DNA from: Atractiella rhizophila
Lineage: Eukaryota
Reading direction: 5' to 3'
Length of the DNA stretch: 47,154 nt
Assembly (NCBI GenBank): GCA_021432655.1
Contig: MU271517.1
Location: 3,887-51,040 of the forward strand
Shown: one piece after another, positions 12,071 to 26,586 of the stretch
Numbering within the stretch: the first letter of the stretch is position 1
How the letters are laid out: each line of letters opens with the position of its first letter
Position numbers and translations under genes: made by a program
Notes under the pieces: generated by a model
Told to the model about the DNA's origin: nothing
Database searches by the model: none
Seen by the model: the letters and a program-made list of their open reading frames with translations, nothing else

Positions 12071-14035
12071 ATTATAATAACGAGGTCTGATTAGCAAATT
12101 GTTCCTCGAATAAACTGTGTAATGATCAAATGATAAAGCGCGATGAATGGTGGTTCTGAAAGTCACGCTTGGACGTTTAAGTACAATGCAGATTCCGGAA
12201 AGGGAAGAGACGCGCTTCCACATTGTGTCGCAGATTTGAGCAAAACCCGTCCTTGTTGTCAAATCCGGACAAGTTGGACGCACTTCCATTGTTAATATTC
12301 ATTGTTGGATTTAGAAAGTCGAATTGAAGCACTGACTGCACTGATATCGGAGGGAAAAACATACCCCTTCCTGGTTGAACATTCTTTGCACTGCAGCGTG
12401 CGAAATGCTGATTAGAAGCAAAGTAAATTTGAAAAGTAGGCAAATAATATTAGGGAAAGACGAAGCCAAAGTGATCGCAGGGTTGAAAGGGAAAGAGAGA
12501 AGAAAAGGACCTGCCGCCTCTTTTCAAGAGTGGAGAGAACATGAAACTCGTAGTTTAAGGTTTGTGAAAAGTCAGATTTGTGCAGTTGAACAAAGAGAAG
12601 GTTCGGAGATTAAACATGAATCCACTCTGGTGGGCTTCCGTTGCACAAAGGGAAAGAAACAACCCTTTCAACCATTTTGAACATGTCATTCATGTCATTC
12701 AAATCTTTGAATTCATGCTGATTCGAATCCAAACAGTCCGTGCCATGCACCTTCTACGTTGAGGGACTCGAGCTCGTGCATCAGCCAAACTCTGAAAATC
12801 CCAAATGACAGGAGATGTCTTCAGCACATTAGCATTGGTGGACATCCCAACGGGCACGCATGGACCGGAAACCGACACCTCGAAGAGTAAGGAAGAATAG
12901 TCTGGTGTTGTTGGCAAGCCCCAAACTCAAGAATCTCAATGGGAAACATTTCCTGCAGAAAATCAACTTGCGAAAAAAAACCAGAATCGAGGACACAGCT
13001 CGAATTTTCGCCTCACTTGAGCAGGAAACGCGGGGTGAAGCACTTCTGTTCTCTTCCGTGTGGTCGCATGAATGTCAAGGTCTTTCAAGATAGACGGAGG
13101 CAGTCATCTCGGGCGAGTTGGTGAAGAGCTGTGGGATCGGGAACAATGGCATACGCACGGGCAAGAACACGGGGTGAGAGTAAACCGAGGGATCGCTCGA
13201 AAGAGCCAGTTGGATATTTGGATATGGTGCGTCTGCTGGATACCCATCAAGTCGTCCCCCACTGGAGTTTTGCCTATCGTAGAACCCAGTACTGTTCGTT
13301 AGCCAACTTTCAGGGGAAGCTTGCAAAGTGAGAGGTTGCGGACCGTCTGAACATCAAGATCGAATCATTCGTTGTCCTTGCTAGATCGACCAACTGCTAG
13401 CGTGAGCGGGACAAGTCAGACTCGATGACAGATGACACGGCCGACCATCCCCGCCGCTTCCTCACGACTCGGAGAGCAATGGGTCCCATGAAGAGACCAT
13501 CTCGTCTTCTCGTTATGAAAGCAGCGAAATTTAAGTTAGCAAAACGGGAAGATAAGCGAAAACGGTATGAAGATGACCAGACAGTGATGCTGAACAGAAT
13601 CTGAGCTTCGAGGGGAATAGCTTCGTTCGTTGTGAGGATGAATGGGACGCGTGCTCTATGAAACTTTCCCTCAGCTCAAGTTCTCAGCGCCATGCATACG
13701 AATTTGAGGGAAGGATCTTTGGAGTCGTTACGCTCGCTTAATCTAGCCCGACACAAAGGGGTCAGCAAACACGATCTTGGGGAAACGGTCGTTCCACACA
13801 CGGAAATCTCATCACATTCTGTCACCTAAGTCTTACTACACCATTCGCTTCTTAAGCTGAGTATCTGTTGCAGCTCACAGGAACAGAGGCACGGAGGGGA
13901 TCATCATGAACTGTATCGACCATTGATTGCACTTGCCCAACCAAATCAAGAATCAATCATTTTCCACGAATCTAAAAGCCGAAAGGCACGAGACAGAGGG
14001 AGTGGCGGCTCACAAATTACAATCTCCCAATTTCT

Positions 14036-16122
14036 CTAAGCAGTAGCAACATAAGGGGGGCCCAGGATCTTCCTAAAGCTTCCCAGGACGACTTCTACAA
14101 CCAGCAGGAGGACACCGCCGCCTGGGGCCAACCTGAGGACCTTTGGCACGAATCCCTTGTATAACGCCGCAGCACCCTCTTCACGAGCGATGGTAAGAAG
14201 GGCGGGATACGTCCAGTTATATTTCGGGGCTTGACCGCCAGCTGGGGTTGGGGAGTTTTGGATGCGGGACTTGACGACGTCGACTGTCGGATCCAACCCA
14301 GGTCATGATGAGTATTCAGCGTAGATTAGCAATGACGAGGAGGGGAGGAAACGAACATGGAGTGTTGAGCATCGTCCCTACCAATCCTCCGATAGAACCG
14401 GAGACGAAGTTGTTGCCCAGTTCTTGTGCCTTGCTCTGCTCCCATCACGACCATTCACCAGCTCAGCCCTCTCATAAATGCGGGAAGGAGGGGACAAGAG
14501 ACGCACCTTTGGCTTTGGAAGCAATGCGCGGACCTGGAAGATGCATCCAAAGTAACCGCCATTCCACCACTGTGCCACAGCCGCATCCATCAGCTTGATT
14601 CTGTTTAGAGGTGAAGGGAGACGATTGTGAGGTAAGGAGAGGGCGTAGGGAAATGCATGGTGGTAAGGAGGGAAACGCAGGTAGGAAAGAGACGCAAAGA
14701 AACACGAACAAGATGCCTCCAAAACGTGCTCTCGAACCCTTTATACATCCCCAATGCCCCATCAGCCGCGACGATCTTCTTGACGACGTCCAGGGGACCA
14801 CTATAAAGTCCAGCGGAGGCCTTATCCTGCAGACGGATCTTGACGAGTTCGAAGGGTACGACGACGACTAGCCAAAAAGAAGGAAAAAAAGAGTCAGTTC
14901 TCAGGTCGCAATTCCACTTCTTTGCCTGTGCGAGAGGTGGATGGGATGGTAGAAGGGAGAAGACGCACACGACTCGGTAGCTCCAGCCGAACATCCAGTG
15001 AGGACGGAGAGTCCCTGGGTCATCTTCCTATCAGAGGGAGGCACGGCGGAGCCGTACGCGAAGCCCATGTATGTCTTTCCCCAGAAGTCGTTCGCTGTTC
15101 ACCGTGCCACATCCACCATTAGCATATTATACATTAGCATATTATATAGATATTCCTCTGCTGTTTGGGGGGGGGATGTCGTACCCGAGAATTTGACTGC
15201 TCGTTTTGGGGCTTCGAGCATCAACGGAGCTGCTAGCCCGCGATAGAGACGTCCGAACCTGCATCCATGCACGCCCATCAACATCAATATAGTCTATGAA
15301 AAGGGAGGAAAGGACGAGGAGAGAGCAGAGGGGAGACGAACCCTTCAGCCTTGATGATCTTCCTGAACGCGTCCACCATCCCATTGTACTGCTCTCCAAC
15401 ACCTTTCGTCTGCAATTGCATCCGGGTCTTCACCTGTCGTTCACATTCCCAGCTTCAGTTAGTGCTTGTCCGATACGCGGGCACAGTCCCAATCAAATGG
15501 GTTGAAGATGGAAATGTGTGGATAGAGGCGAGATGGGTATCCAGGAAAGAGACGCACCACATCAAGCGGATACAGACACAATATCTCAGTTACTCCAGCA
15601 ATAGCTCCAGCTGCGAACTGCACATTTCACAATGAGTTGGATGAAGGGCAGGAGTGCAGGGAAGACGCACCTGGTAGACGAAGGGAAGGGGTGGGAGCGG
15701 CGCCACATTGGTTACGGTGGGAGATTTTGGGGAAGACCTGTGGGGTATCAAGAGATAAGAGGAGTGAGTGAGATAGCTAGAGCAGAAGGGGGCAGAAGTG
15801 GTGATGTTGGGGAGGATGGCATGCCGGTCGAGATGTGTTTTTCTCGTTGGGCTACATGGATCCACCTTCAAAACTTCAAGGAACACACCATCCTGGCCAT
15901 GATATTCGTGCGCAGTTTGACAGATTATTCTGCGAGGATGCACACGACAAGGTCGTCTACTCTATCCAGTCATGACCACTCTGAACACTCAACATGGATA
16001 GCAGAGCATCCATTTCAGAGCATGCTAACGAAACTACGCATGGCATAGTAAAATGATACAAGAACGGCAGCACAAAATGGAGTAAAAGGGAGGAGGGATG
16101 ATTTGGAAGAAGGAGCTTACAT
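14036..16122 (-). CDS. ODC1: Mitochondrial 2-oxodicarboxylate carrier (ODC1/ODC2-like, SLC25 family)
   Basis: LPFVYQ|FAAGAIAGVTEILCLYPL|DVVKTRMQLQ, LYRGLAAPLMLEAPKRAVKF, VPFELVKIRLQD and LYKGFVPKVLRLAPGGGVLLLV; three carrier repeats and several introns. Confidence 0.9.
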
Positions 16123-19075
16123 TTTTAGACTGTTGCCCGAAAGGCTCTGCAAAATAGGAATATGCTGAAGATTTGCGAATAACACGTATCTAGTGTTGCT
16201 CAGAGTGTGGATCTAGCTCTAGGTGACAACCGGTGACAGTAAGCGAGTGGCAGAATGGCAGGAGAAAAAGTTCAAAAGTCACGTGCTGAATTGTATTACC
16301 ATGATGACTCATCATGACAATCACTATCTTCGTCTTCGCATTCGTGACCTGTCTGCCTCATAGAATTTTCTCTTCGAACCTCCATCTCAGATTTCGCCGT
16401 GCGTTAAAGCCATTTCGAGGTTCTGTTCATTTGAGCGCGAAGAGGCAAGTTTGAAACAACACTTCAAGGAACAACTTTTGTTTTCGTGGCCGTTACTTGG
16501 TGGTCCGTTTTTCAATCTGTCTCCGGGGAGTAGCTTGAGATAATAGTCTCCGCGACTCCTCGTCGTTACCAGTATGTCTTACGATTTTATGTTTTAGTTA
16601 GACTCTGTCGACGAAGCGACGAACTTGAGCGTATTTATCCTGAGAAGGAGCCTTGCACGCGAGCATTAAACGAGAGCACAAGCCGTTTGATTTTACGTGA
16701 CGCAAGCTTGAAGACAAATTGTGACCTAGATATTGGCGTGTTGACGGAGGCGACGCGCTCAGCTGTATAACCGGTCACAGAACGAGGAAGCATCGTCTAT
16801 TCCCATGGTTGTGATATTGGTCTTGATAGTACAGCTGAGGGTCGCGATTCAGGAGACATCAATGGATCTCTTAGTTTTCGTTTTGGTTTTCTTGTTCGAA
16901 GCTTGCGATTATTACTCTGTGATTGTACCAACGGCTGCCCAGTCAATGGATTAGAGGAGCAATGGCACGAAAAGTCCATCCTCGCCTCCCAAATAGATCT
17001 GATAGATCAATTGACTTGCTGAATCCAACAAGTTGACAAATCTGTTACGGCTGAAAGGTCACACTTTTGGTGCGCATCTGTTCTCAGCTGCCACTATATA
17101 CCATTCACTACATTAATTCTCTCACTGATAGCGTTGATTCTGGAGTAGAAAGGATACAATTTTGTAGTAACGTGCGAAAGGACGGTCAGGGTCATCTTCA
17201 ACCTTTTGACCTGGGGTGTTGAATGGGAAACGAGTTTGTTTGCTGGGCTCTGGATCTGACCCATGCTTAGCATTTCAGTGTCCAGACCCGTTGAGCTACT
17301 CAGCCTCGTATTCCATCTAACTTCCCATTGTATGATTTCTTCTCGGTTTGTGGGTCGGCGCAGCTTAACTGACTCCCTTCCCCAGATCCCGCCCTGCATT
17401 GTGCTTGCATGGAGTGAAAATAGAAAGTTGTCAGATTACGGTGGGAGACATTGTTCAATTTTGTTGTAAAGCCTTCTGTTTGCCTTCTTTTAGTTCGAAT
17501 GGTTCGAATATATTCCTTCATGAACCACCATGAACGCCTCATTTTTCGACTTGCTTTAGGCTCCATGCATGTAGGCAGAACCTCACAATATAAAATTAAA
17601 AAAAATTTGAATGGGAACTGGGCAGAGAGAGAAGGCAACGCGTCTCCATTGAGCCCCTCTAAGTGCTTTAAAATTTGGGCTGTGGTCACTTCAATGATTG
17701 AACAAAGACATCATGATGCACTGAGCATCGGGAACCCTTTTAGGCTGAAGGTTTGCGAGGCTAATTATGACAATGGGGACAGATCGCAAAGGCACTTCCC
17801 ATTCCTCTCCCTTGGACACACACTGTCTGAAGACGTAGAACCCAGTGCTGAACCCGACCCACTCGCCGCCCCTCGCCGTCCCACCTTTGTCTCATGCGAT
17901 CAGAATCCCATTTTGACGATCCGACCCATCTCAGCCCCTCCATCTGCCCCAATGAACCGAAATGGAAGGATGAATTGATTGATTATCCGTGCAATTGATT
18001 GCTCCATTGGGTCGCAGTCGACGGGTTTGGGTGGCCATCTGGACTCTGGACTCTTGCATCGCATCGCGTTGGGGATCGAGGTTCTTGTTTTCTGTGACTT
18101 CTCTCTCCTTCGAGATTTGCATTTGCATTTCCATATCTCATCTCGCCGCTTTTGGAGCAACAGGGAGAAGATTTGGATCAAAGATCTCAAGACCTTCGTG
18201 AGTCCTGTCCCTCTGGCTCTGCATGCGATTCTGGGTTCGTTCAACGTTCAGAACGTTCAGTATGTTCAGTGGGGGAGAACTTGAGATGGAAGGCGTCCCG
18301 AGTTGGAAGGGAGTTTGTCGGCGGAAGGATTGGAAGAGAAGGGGGAGAAGACAGCGGATGTAAGGATTGCAAGAACCTGTAACAACACCTTCAAAAGTGT
18401 GGCACGTTCTTCTCTCCCAGCATGCCATGCAAGCTTCGACTTCCATTGCATTCGTACCGCACAAAGCTGTCGTGATTTCCGAAATAGAGTTGCACATGGA
18501 CAGAGATAGAGCTCCGAGTCGGCACAATTACCTTTTCATGGTCCGAATCAGTCGATTGAATCAAGACCGTGCTGGAACATGGCATCTCCGACGTTTTAGC
18601 ATCCAGAGCTTCTTACCCTTCGGGCTCGTGACCCTGTTCCATTCTTGCGTGCTGCGAAAGCTAAACGTTGAAATTTTGAAACGTTCAAGTTCAAATGGAA
18701 GTGGAGAGATTTCGATGACCGTCCCGTTAGGCTGGGATTAAAATGTTCGTTGTGTTGTTTCGAGAGCTTCCCCTCCATCAACACCTTATCGACAGACAAT
18801 CTCTCTTCCAGTTCCACTCCACTGTTCGAGCGACGGTGTCTCTGTAACACCAGGGAGAAGGTCGGCTCTCCCTCCCTCGCCGGGTGGTGGTTAATTGTGC
18901 GAGCGTATAAAATCCCCACTTCGTTCTTCGCAGCTTCTCCAGCTTCCTTCGATTGGAAGTCCCGTCAGGCTATAGCAGTAGCGAATTAGCCTTGCATATT
19001 GCATATTTTGCACTTCGCATACTCTTACATCACATCCACTTTCTCAGTCAACCGTAGGACAACCTTGCTGTGGAA

Positions 19076-21689
19076 ATGATTCGATCCGCTCCAATCCTCT
19101 CCCTTTCCCTCCTCTCTTCCGCTTACGGGTTCGCCATTCGAGAGGCGACCGACAGGTCGTGCGGGTATGGAGACGCTTGCTGGCCAACCAACGCGCAATG
19201 GCAGGTGCGTCATTCCCTCCCCTGCATTGAGCCTACCTTGAACAGCTGATTTGCTGAAGGCACTCAATACCTCCCTCTCTGGACGCCTCCGCTCCGTCCA
19301 CCCAATCGCGACCGTCTGTCACAACGCCTTTGGGGAATACAACGCTGCTGCGTGCGCTGAACTCACAGCGAATTGGGATGTCGGACAGTATGTGAGCCAA
19401 CAGGATGGGGGATACGTCGCCCATTGTGAGTCTTTCCACCCTTCTACCGTCGATGGAAAACCTAATGATGATGGAATGGGATACAGCCTGGGGTGATGGA
19501 TATGGAAACGACTTCTGCTCCGTTCATACCCCAGTCGACGGTCCATGTGGGCAGGGAAGGGTCTGTCTTCTCGCATCCTCTCTACATTCCATGTTGATGA
19601 TTTCTGCTTCTGAAGGTTCCACCCATGTTCGTGGATGTCCAGTCAGTCGCTGATCTTACGGCTTCTCTTGCATTCGTGAGGCAGTACAACCTGCGCGTCC
19701 GCATTAAATCCACTGGTCATTCCCTCACTGGAGGTTCGTCCATCCTCTTCCGTACATGTCAAGCAAGCAGTACTGAGTGTGACCTGGCAGGTTCTGGAGC
19801 AAAAGGCGCTTTTGGAATCTCCACCCATCGTCTGAAGGATATCACCTTCTTCAAGTACAAGAACAGCATTCCGGCGGTCAAGGTCGGCTCTGGCGTTCAG
19901 TTCTTCGGTATGTTCTTGCCTGTTTATGCTAGCGTGCTTGCATATGAGTGGATCGAGCTAAGTGCATTGGATTGTGGGTATAGAGTTGTACAAAGCGGCA
20001 AATGACCAGAACGTAGTGGTCGTTGGCGGTGGATGCGACTCAGTGTCTGTCTCCGGCTACACTCTCGTATGTTTCCATTCCACACTTTGCAATAGCGGAG
20101 GAATCTAACCTGGATGCTAATTAGGGCGGTGGTCATTCGCGCTACTCTCCATCCCTCGGTCTCTCAGTGGATCAAGTCTTGGAATTCGACATTGTCACTG
20201 CGGATGGAACCTTGTTGACATGTAACGAAGTGCGTCCCTTCATCCTACGAGAGCGAGGATGTGGTATTGATTCAATGCATTGTGTGATAGAATTCGAATT
20301 CCGACCTTTTCTGGGCTGTTAGGGGAGGAGGATCTGGGTTTGGTGTACGCGCCGCCTTTGAACCTCACTTGTGATAAGGCTTTATTGATGAGGATGATCT
20401 GATAGGTCGTGACCTCCTGGACGTTGAAGACGTACCCTCCGGTCCAGAATGAGCTCGTAAACAACTTCCAAGTCGTTGCTCCCAATCAAGCCGTACGTCC
20501 ACCTTTTAGTCCAACAACTCGTCATGGCCCCGCCTAACCGTAAAACGCTGTAGGCCTACCAACAAGCGCTGTACCAAGTCCTCAAACTCCAACCTTCCCT
20601 TCGCGCTCAGCGTTGGTCCGACCTCGTCGTGGGCCAGCAAGCAGGATTCGTTATCGTCGGTGCCGCCTTCAAGCCCAATATCACCTCTCAAGCGGACGAA
20701 GAGAAGCTCTGGGACCCTTTGAGGAATTGGGCCGCTACTGCTGGTGCAACAGTGACAACCAGCTTTAAGTTGTACAACAGCCAGTACGAAGTGTCTACTC
20801 AGGAGCCATTTGCGTGCGTCTTCCTTTTCTGCCTGGCTGTTCGAAGACATTGGTTGATGAATATTGTTGCTTGGATCGTGATGAAATAGGAACCAGCACT
20901 CAACCCCACTTGAGACTCAGAAGATGGCATCCAGGCTCATTCCTGCCGCCGTGTGGAATGACGACTCGAAGCTTCAAAAGATGACTGCTTTTTTCGCCAC
21001 ACTTCCCAGTATCAATTTCCTCGACGGTGCGTCCCTCCATTTCCTTCTCGTGCATGAATACAATAAGGACTGGGCGTTTTACAGTGCCAGGAGGTAAGGT
21101 CACCCAAGGATCGACCAACATGGCCCTCAATCCCGTGCGTTTGCATTTAGTCATTATTCCACTCTGACACAGAACCTACAGGCATGGCGGTCGGCTCTTT
21201 CTCATATCGTCTGGTCCGCCTCCCTTTCCCGCTAATTTGAGTAATGCCTGATTGCTCGAGTAGGTACGCGACCTGGCAGGAAGGTGCTAGGTATGAACAA
21301 CAAGCAGCCGCTCGACAAGTGGTAACGCAGCAACTTATCACCTTTACTGATCTCATCAAGTCCGATGCGGCATACATGTACGTTTTCCTCTACTTCCTAG
21401 CATTTGTGGCTGAGACCCTGTATGTAGCAACGAATCCGATCCTGATGGCAAGTCTTCCCTTCCCTTGAGAACCTACACTAACCCAAAACGACGACGCGTC
21501 TAGACGAACAATGGCCACACAACTACTTTGGAGACAACTGGGCAAGGTTGTTGAGCATCAAGAAGAAATACGATCCCAAACATTACTTCACTTGTGCGTC
21601 CCTTCCCCTCCCCCCGCCAATTGAAGCTGACATTTGTGGAAGGCACGGGTTGTATTGGGTCCGAGTCGCCAGCTGGTGTTCCCTTCTAG
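19076..21689 (+). CDS. Secreted FAD-linked oxidoreductase, berberine-bridge-enzyme (BBE)-like, VAO/PCMH superfamily
   Basis: Signal-peptide-like MIRSAPILSLSLLSSAYG, CWPTNAQW, FAD-binding IKSTGHSLTG, GGGHSRYSPSLGLSVDQV, and C-terminal NWARLLSIKKKYDP; many short introns. Confidence 0.9.
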
Positions 21690-22065
21690 GGTGTCCCATG
21701 CAATCAGAAAGAAGACTATGCATGGACTTTGTTCAATTTTCTGTAGCACTCCTTATACCGGTTATCGTCGCGCACGTTCTGCAGTGATCGAATCTTAACA
21801 GCATTCGTTGTTTGCTCTCCTTAACATATCTTAGGTATTCTGGATGTTACGTCCTTTCATGTGGTATTCCATCCATTGCATTATTAGAAGCACAAGCAGA
21901 ATGATATCTAATTCTTACGGTTCAAAAATCAGCTGACCAAAACTTAGCGTCTACAGTACTGACTGGAGGTTTAGTACAAAAGCTCAGGAAGAAGTAGGTA
22001 TCATGACGATATTTATTACTTTTCATACTTGTACATGAGATGTCAAGTTATAACCCAGGGAAAGT

Positions 22066-25000
22066 CTAAATCGCATTCTCCAACACCAATCGCGGAGCAA
22101 TGTTCATCGCCATTAGCTCCTGGAAGAGTAGTTTCGCAGCATAGGGCATCTTGATCTGCGTCACCTTCTTCCCGCTCTTGCAACGGACACACCATCCGTT
22201 GTATCCCATGAACCCGCACTCTTGACACACATCGACCTCAAAGGCGTCGCTGGAGATCATCAGTCGTTCAAGGAGGAGCTGAGAAGCGCCATGGGCGATG
22301 AGACAGTCGCGCTCCATCTCTCCCAGCCGTAGACCACCATCGCGGGATCGTCCTTCGGTTGGTTGACGAGTCAAAGTTGCTCGTGGACCTCTGCAAGATG
22401 ATTAGTAGAGGCATATGGGGTGGGGGAGATGAACGCTTACCGTGCTCGCGCATGCATTTTATCCAATACCATGTGTTCTACCAATCAGACCCGTCAGCCG
22501 CGACATTCAAATTGGAACGAAGAAGAGAGACGCACTGAGCTTCTGGTAGAAAATGGGACCGAAGAAAATGTATGCTTCCAACGGTAACCCTGTTATGCCG
22601 GAGTGAAGCATTTCTTTTGCGTGGTACGAATACCCAGCGTCAATCAGCACCTTACTCATATCCTCCAACTTGCTCCCTCCAAAAGCCGTTCCATATTCCA
22701 ACGTTCCCCTCACAACTCCCGCCTTTCCGCTAACAAGCTCAAGCATCTTCCCTACCGTCATTCGCGAAGGGAAACCGTGGGGGTTCATGATGATATCTGG
22801 ACACGTTCCCTGGTCATTAAACGGCATGTCTTCCTGGGGAACGATCAGTCCACAAACTCCCTTCTGCCCATGCCTCGACGAGAACTTGTCTCCAAGCTCC
22901 GGCCTCCTCGTCTGCCTCATGAGGACCTTCAACACCGTCACACCCTCGTTCTCCCCCTGCGAAATCATGACCTTGTCGACGTAACCGGGGATAGCTCCTC
23001 GGTAGCTCATGGTCGCATTCTTCCAGGTCGTGGAGGCGAGATCGGTGATGGCTTCGGTGGAGTTGGCATTGGAGGGTGTTTGCTTGTTGATGTAAGCTTG
23101 ACCTGGAAGGATTCTGGCACCGACGTGAGCGAGTCCATCACCTTCGATGGAGGTCCACTTTTCGAGATTCTTTCCATTTTCGTCCTTTGGGGGATCTGCA
23201 AGGCGATCGTGTCTACATTGTCCAAGTTATCAGCGTTGTTCCATTCAGAATGAAACTGAGAGAGAAGAGATGGCTGATGATAAGTGAGAAACGTACGTTC
23301 CATTGGGATACCTCTTCAGGATCGTACCATGCTTCCTGAACACTTGACACCTACCATACCCCCGATCCAAACTACTCTTGTTCAAAATGAGCGCATCCTC
23401 GATATCGTAACCCGAATAGCTCATGACGGCAACGATCGCATTCTGTCCTCCCGGCAATTTATCAAATCCAACCATCTCGATAGTCCGCGTCTTCACCATA
23501 GGTTGCTGAGGATAAACCATGAGGTACATCAGCGTATCGATCCTATTGAGCTGGTTGTATCCGATGCTCCCCATCGCCTGTTTGCCCATGGCGCATTGAT
23601 ATGTGTTTCGAGGAGACTGGTTGTGGTGTGGATAGGGGATCAAGCCGGCGACGGCGCCGAGGAGGGTGAAAGGCTCGATCTCGAGGTGGGTCGTGTGCAT
23701 GGTCAGCTCGTCCTCTCGGAGGGCGATGAATGAATCGTTTTCTTCGTTCACGTCCAGGTACTCGATGAGTCCGAGACGGAGGAAGTCGTCGAACACCAGC
23801 TTCTTCTCCTTCAACATCTGTTCCAGGTGAACAAGTCACTCCTCAGCTCCGTACAAGTCGAAATAGCAAAGGACGAACCATGATGTGCTCATCCGTAACT
23901 CTAGGCACGCCTGCTTCGACGATAATGAGCGGCCTACAGATCCTCCCTCCATCAGCGGAGACAAAGATGGAACGCTGGTGTTCGTTGACGTAGATGTTGA
24001 CGAATCCCTCGATCTTGCCAGCCCTTCTCAGCCGCCTAAACTCTCGCACAAACCTCTTCGGTAGACGGGTCAAGCCGAGAGCAGAACCGTTCAGGAAGAC
24101 AAGGTAGTTGCCCTCTGCGTAGATTTCCGTCCCGGTCAGCGTTTCGAGATCTGCCATAGGGATGAGCCATGTTTATTGTAGGCAGATAGAATGAAATGGA
24201 TCGGAATTGGCAAGTAGAAAACGTACCCTCTACCCCAATAACGGCCAACCAACGCGCGATAGGTTCTTCTTCGACATCTGTCGTGATGTGCGTCATGAGC
24301 GCTAAATTCTTTACGAGTCCACAAGCCTCTCCTTCCGGGGTATCAGACGGACAGAGCATTCCCCACTGGGACGGCTGGAGGGCTCTCGGGCCAGATACCT
24401 TTCTAGTCTTCTCGAATTGGGACGTGATACGGGTCATCATTCCCAACGCGGAGATGAACGATAGACGAGAAAGGACGTGGGTTATCCCCGCACGCTCCAT
24501 CTTGAAACGCTTGAGGCTCCAGTTGCCTGTTGAGATGGCGCGGACGAAGCCGGAGGTGATGGAGTCGGTGTGGAGGGAGAAGGTGGCCATGGCGTCGTAC
24601 GCTGAGGAGCGATTGGACTTTTTGAGGACCTTGTCGATGTTGGTTTTGAGGTCGTGATTGAATTTTTTGAAGAGATCCTCGAATAACAAACTCATCAATT
24701 GTCCCGCCAACTCGAGCCGCTTGTTCCCTACATAGTCCCTGTCGTCCGTCTCTCCTCCCTCCAAACATTCGAGGACGCGTCGAGCCATGATCCCGATCGC
24801 CAGTGCCTTCTTCCTCAGACCTAATCCTGGCCCTTCCACTTTGACGTGCGCCAATACCACGGACGCTAAGACCTCCAAGCCTTCTTCCACTTTATCCCTC
24901 CTCCCACTTCCCGCACCTCCCAACCTCCGCTTTATGCGAGATCCAATCCACTCCAAACAGCCTTTCCGCGTCTTGCAACCTTCCCAGCCCAGACACGCCA

Positions 25001-25820
25001 AATTGGGTTCAAACGCTCGCCTCAGGTTGTCGTTCGGTCCGCAGACGATGGAGACGATCTCGAAGGCGGAGGTCGCTCCGAGCGCGCGCAGGAGGAGAGG
25101 GATGGGCACGTCGTCTCCTATGCTGTTGTGTCGGAGATATAAGAGCGGAGGACTGCCAGCCTTGGAGGCGCTGACGACGTAAGTCTTGCTCTTCCTCTCG
25201 AGAGAAGAGCTGGTCACGCTCGCCAACACCGCACCCTTCTTCGCATCGTGCTCGACGATGATCCTGTTCTTGGACAGCTGCTCCTGCACGAGGATGACCT
25301 TTTCGGTGCCCTTGACGATAAAGTATCCGCCGGGGTCGAGGGGGCACTCTGTCATCCTTGCGAGTTCGGATTCGCTCTTTCCGTTGAGGATGCAATGCGA
25401 CGACTTGAGCATGATCGGTATCTTCCCAATCTTGACCCCGCGCATGATCACGTTCTTCCCGCCCCTAGTGTAGCGCACAGAGACGTATATGGGAGCCGCA
25501 TAGGTGATGTCCCGCAGACGACACTCGTGCGGCGTGATGCTCCGGTCCACGCTCTCGACGTCGGGGCGCTCGGGCTGGCCGACGGAGATGTCGAGGTACT
25601 GGAAGAGGAAGGAGGGGTCGACGTCGGAGGTGATGGTGGAGTTCGCGCGGAGGATGAGGGGCAGCTCGGTGTCGAGGAGGTAGTTGAACGAGTCGAGATG
25701 CTGCTTGACGAGTCCCTTGGTTGAGAGGAAGGAGGGCAGCAGCGTCCATTTGTCTGCCACTTCCTTCACTGGCGCATGCAGAGGAGGCAGCTTCGACGTC
25801 GACGGGACAGGGAGCGACAT
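22066..25820 (-). CDS. RPC2: DNA-directed RNA polymerase III second-largest subunit
   Basis: [87 protein letters not shown] and [12 protein letters not shown]. Confidence 0.97.
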
Positions 25821-26586
25821 AACACCAACGTATCCAACTCCCCGATGGCAAATTGCAAAGATTGCTGGTCAGAAGTTTTAGTTCTTTGTAAATGCGACCG
25901 CATTCCAGCAGACCAAACACAAAACGGCGATGAAAACAGAGGACAGATTTCTTCTCTTGAATATTATGCTCAGTACGCTGGAGGAACATTGATCAGATGT
26001 GCGCCATGTCGCTGCAATGTCGGCGCAGTTGGGAATTTTTGTGCGTATTTCCATCACGAGCGTCCAAGCCTTCCCTCGAAAGCCAAGCGAGCAACTCTTT
26101 CCTAAACTCATGCTCTTTCTCCATGGGGCTTCCAAAGAAGCTGGTAGGGTCCTCATTGGCTTCTGGTATGCTCGAAGGCGTGGGAGGATGTGACGAGACA
26201 GGGATCTATAAATGCGAACCCCAAAGTGCTGAGAATACATCTTAATCGTACTTAAATTGTAAGAAAACTATCACCATAGCGTGTTGCCATTCTTTGAGCC
26301 AATTATCAAGCAATACAAGCAAGAAAGAAGAAAGAGAAACTGCACTTCTTACTACCCATATTGCATTGTTGGGATGGACGACTTCTCGCACTTGTGGCAA
26401 ATAGTAGCTTTTGCTTCGCGTACAAGTTTCTGACAAAGCTCAATTCCCTTCCAGAATACACTAGATCCATTCAGAGTGTTTTCAATGTCATGCTTTAATA
26501 CAAATCCCAATTTACACGTCCCATCCCATTTCTATCATCGAGAATGACTAGTCATTCGATGTCGTCAGCAGTCTAATCTGCTCCAG

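Noticed and set aside
13075..13326. 83-aa ORF upstream of the HMG gene
   Set aside because: No ATG start, no recognisable family and no supporting splice structure.
22603..25724. Long plus-strand ORFs opposite RPC2 (and similar ones opposite other genes)
   Set aside because: These are antisense shadows of GC-rich coding sequence.
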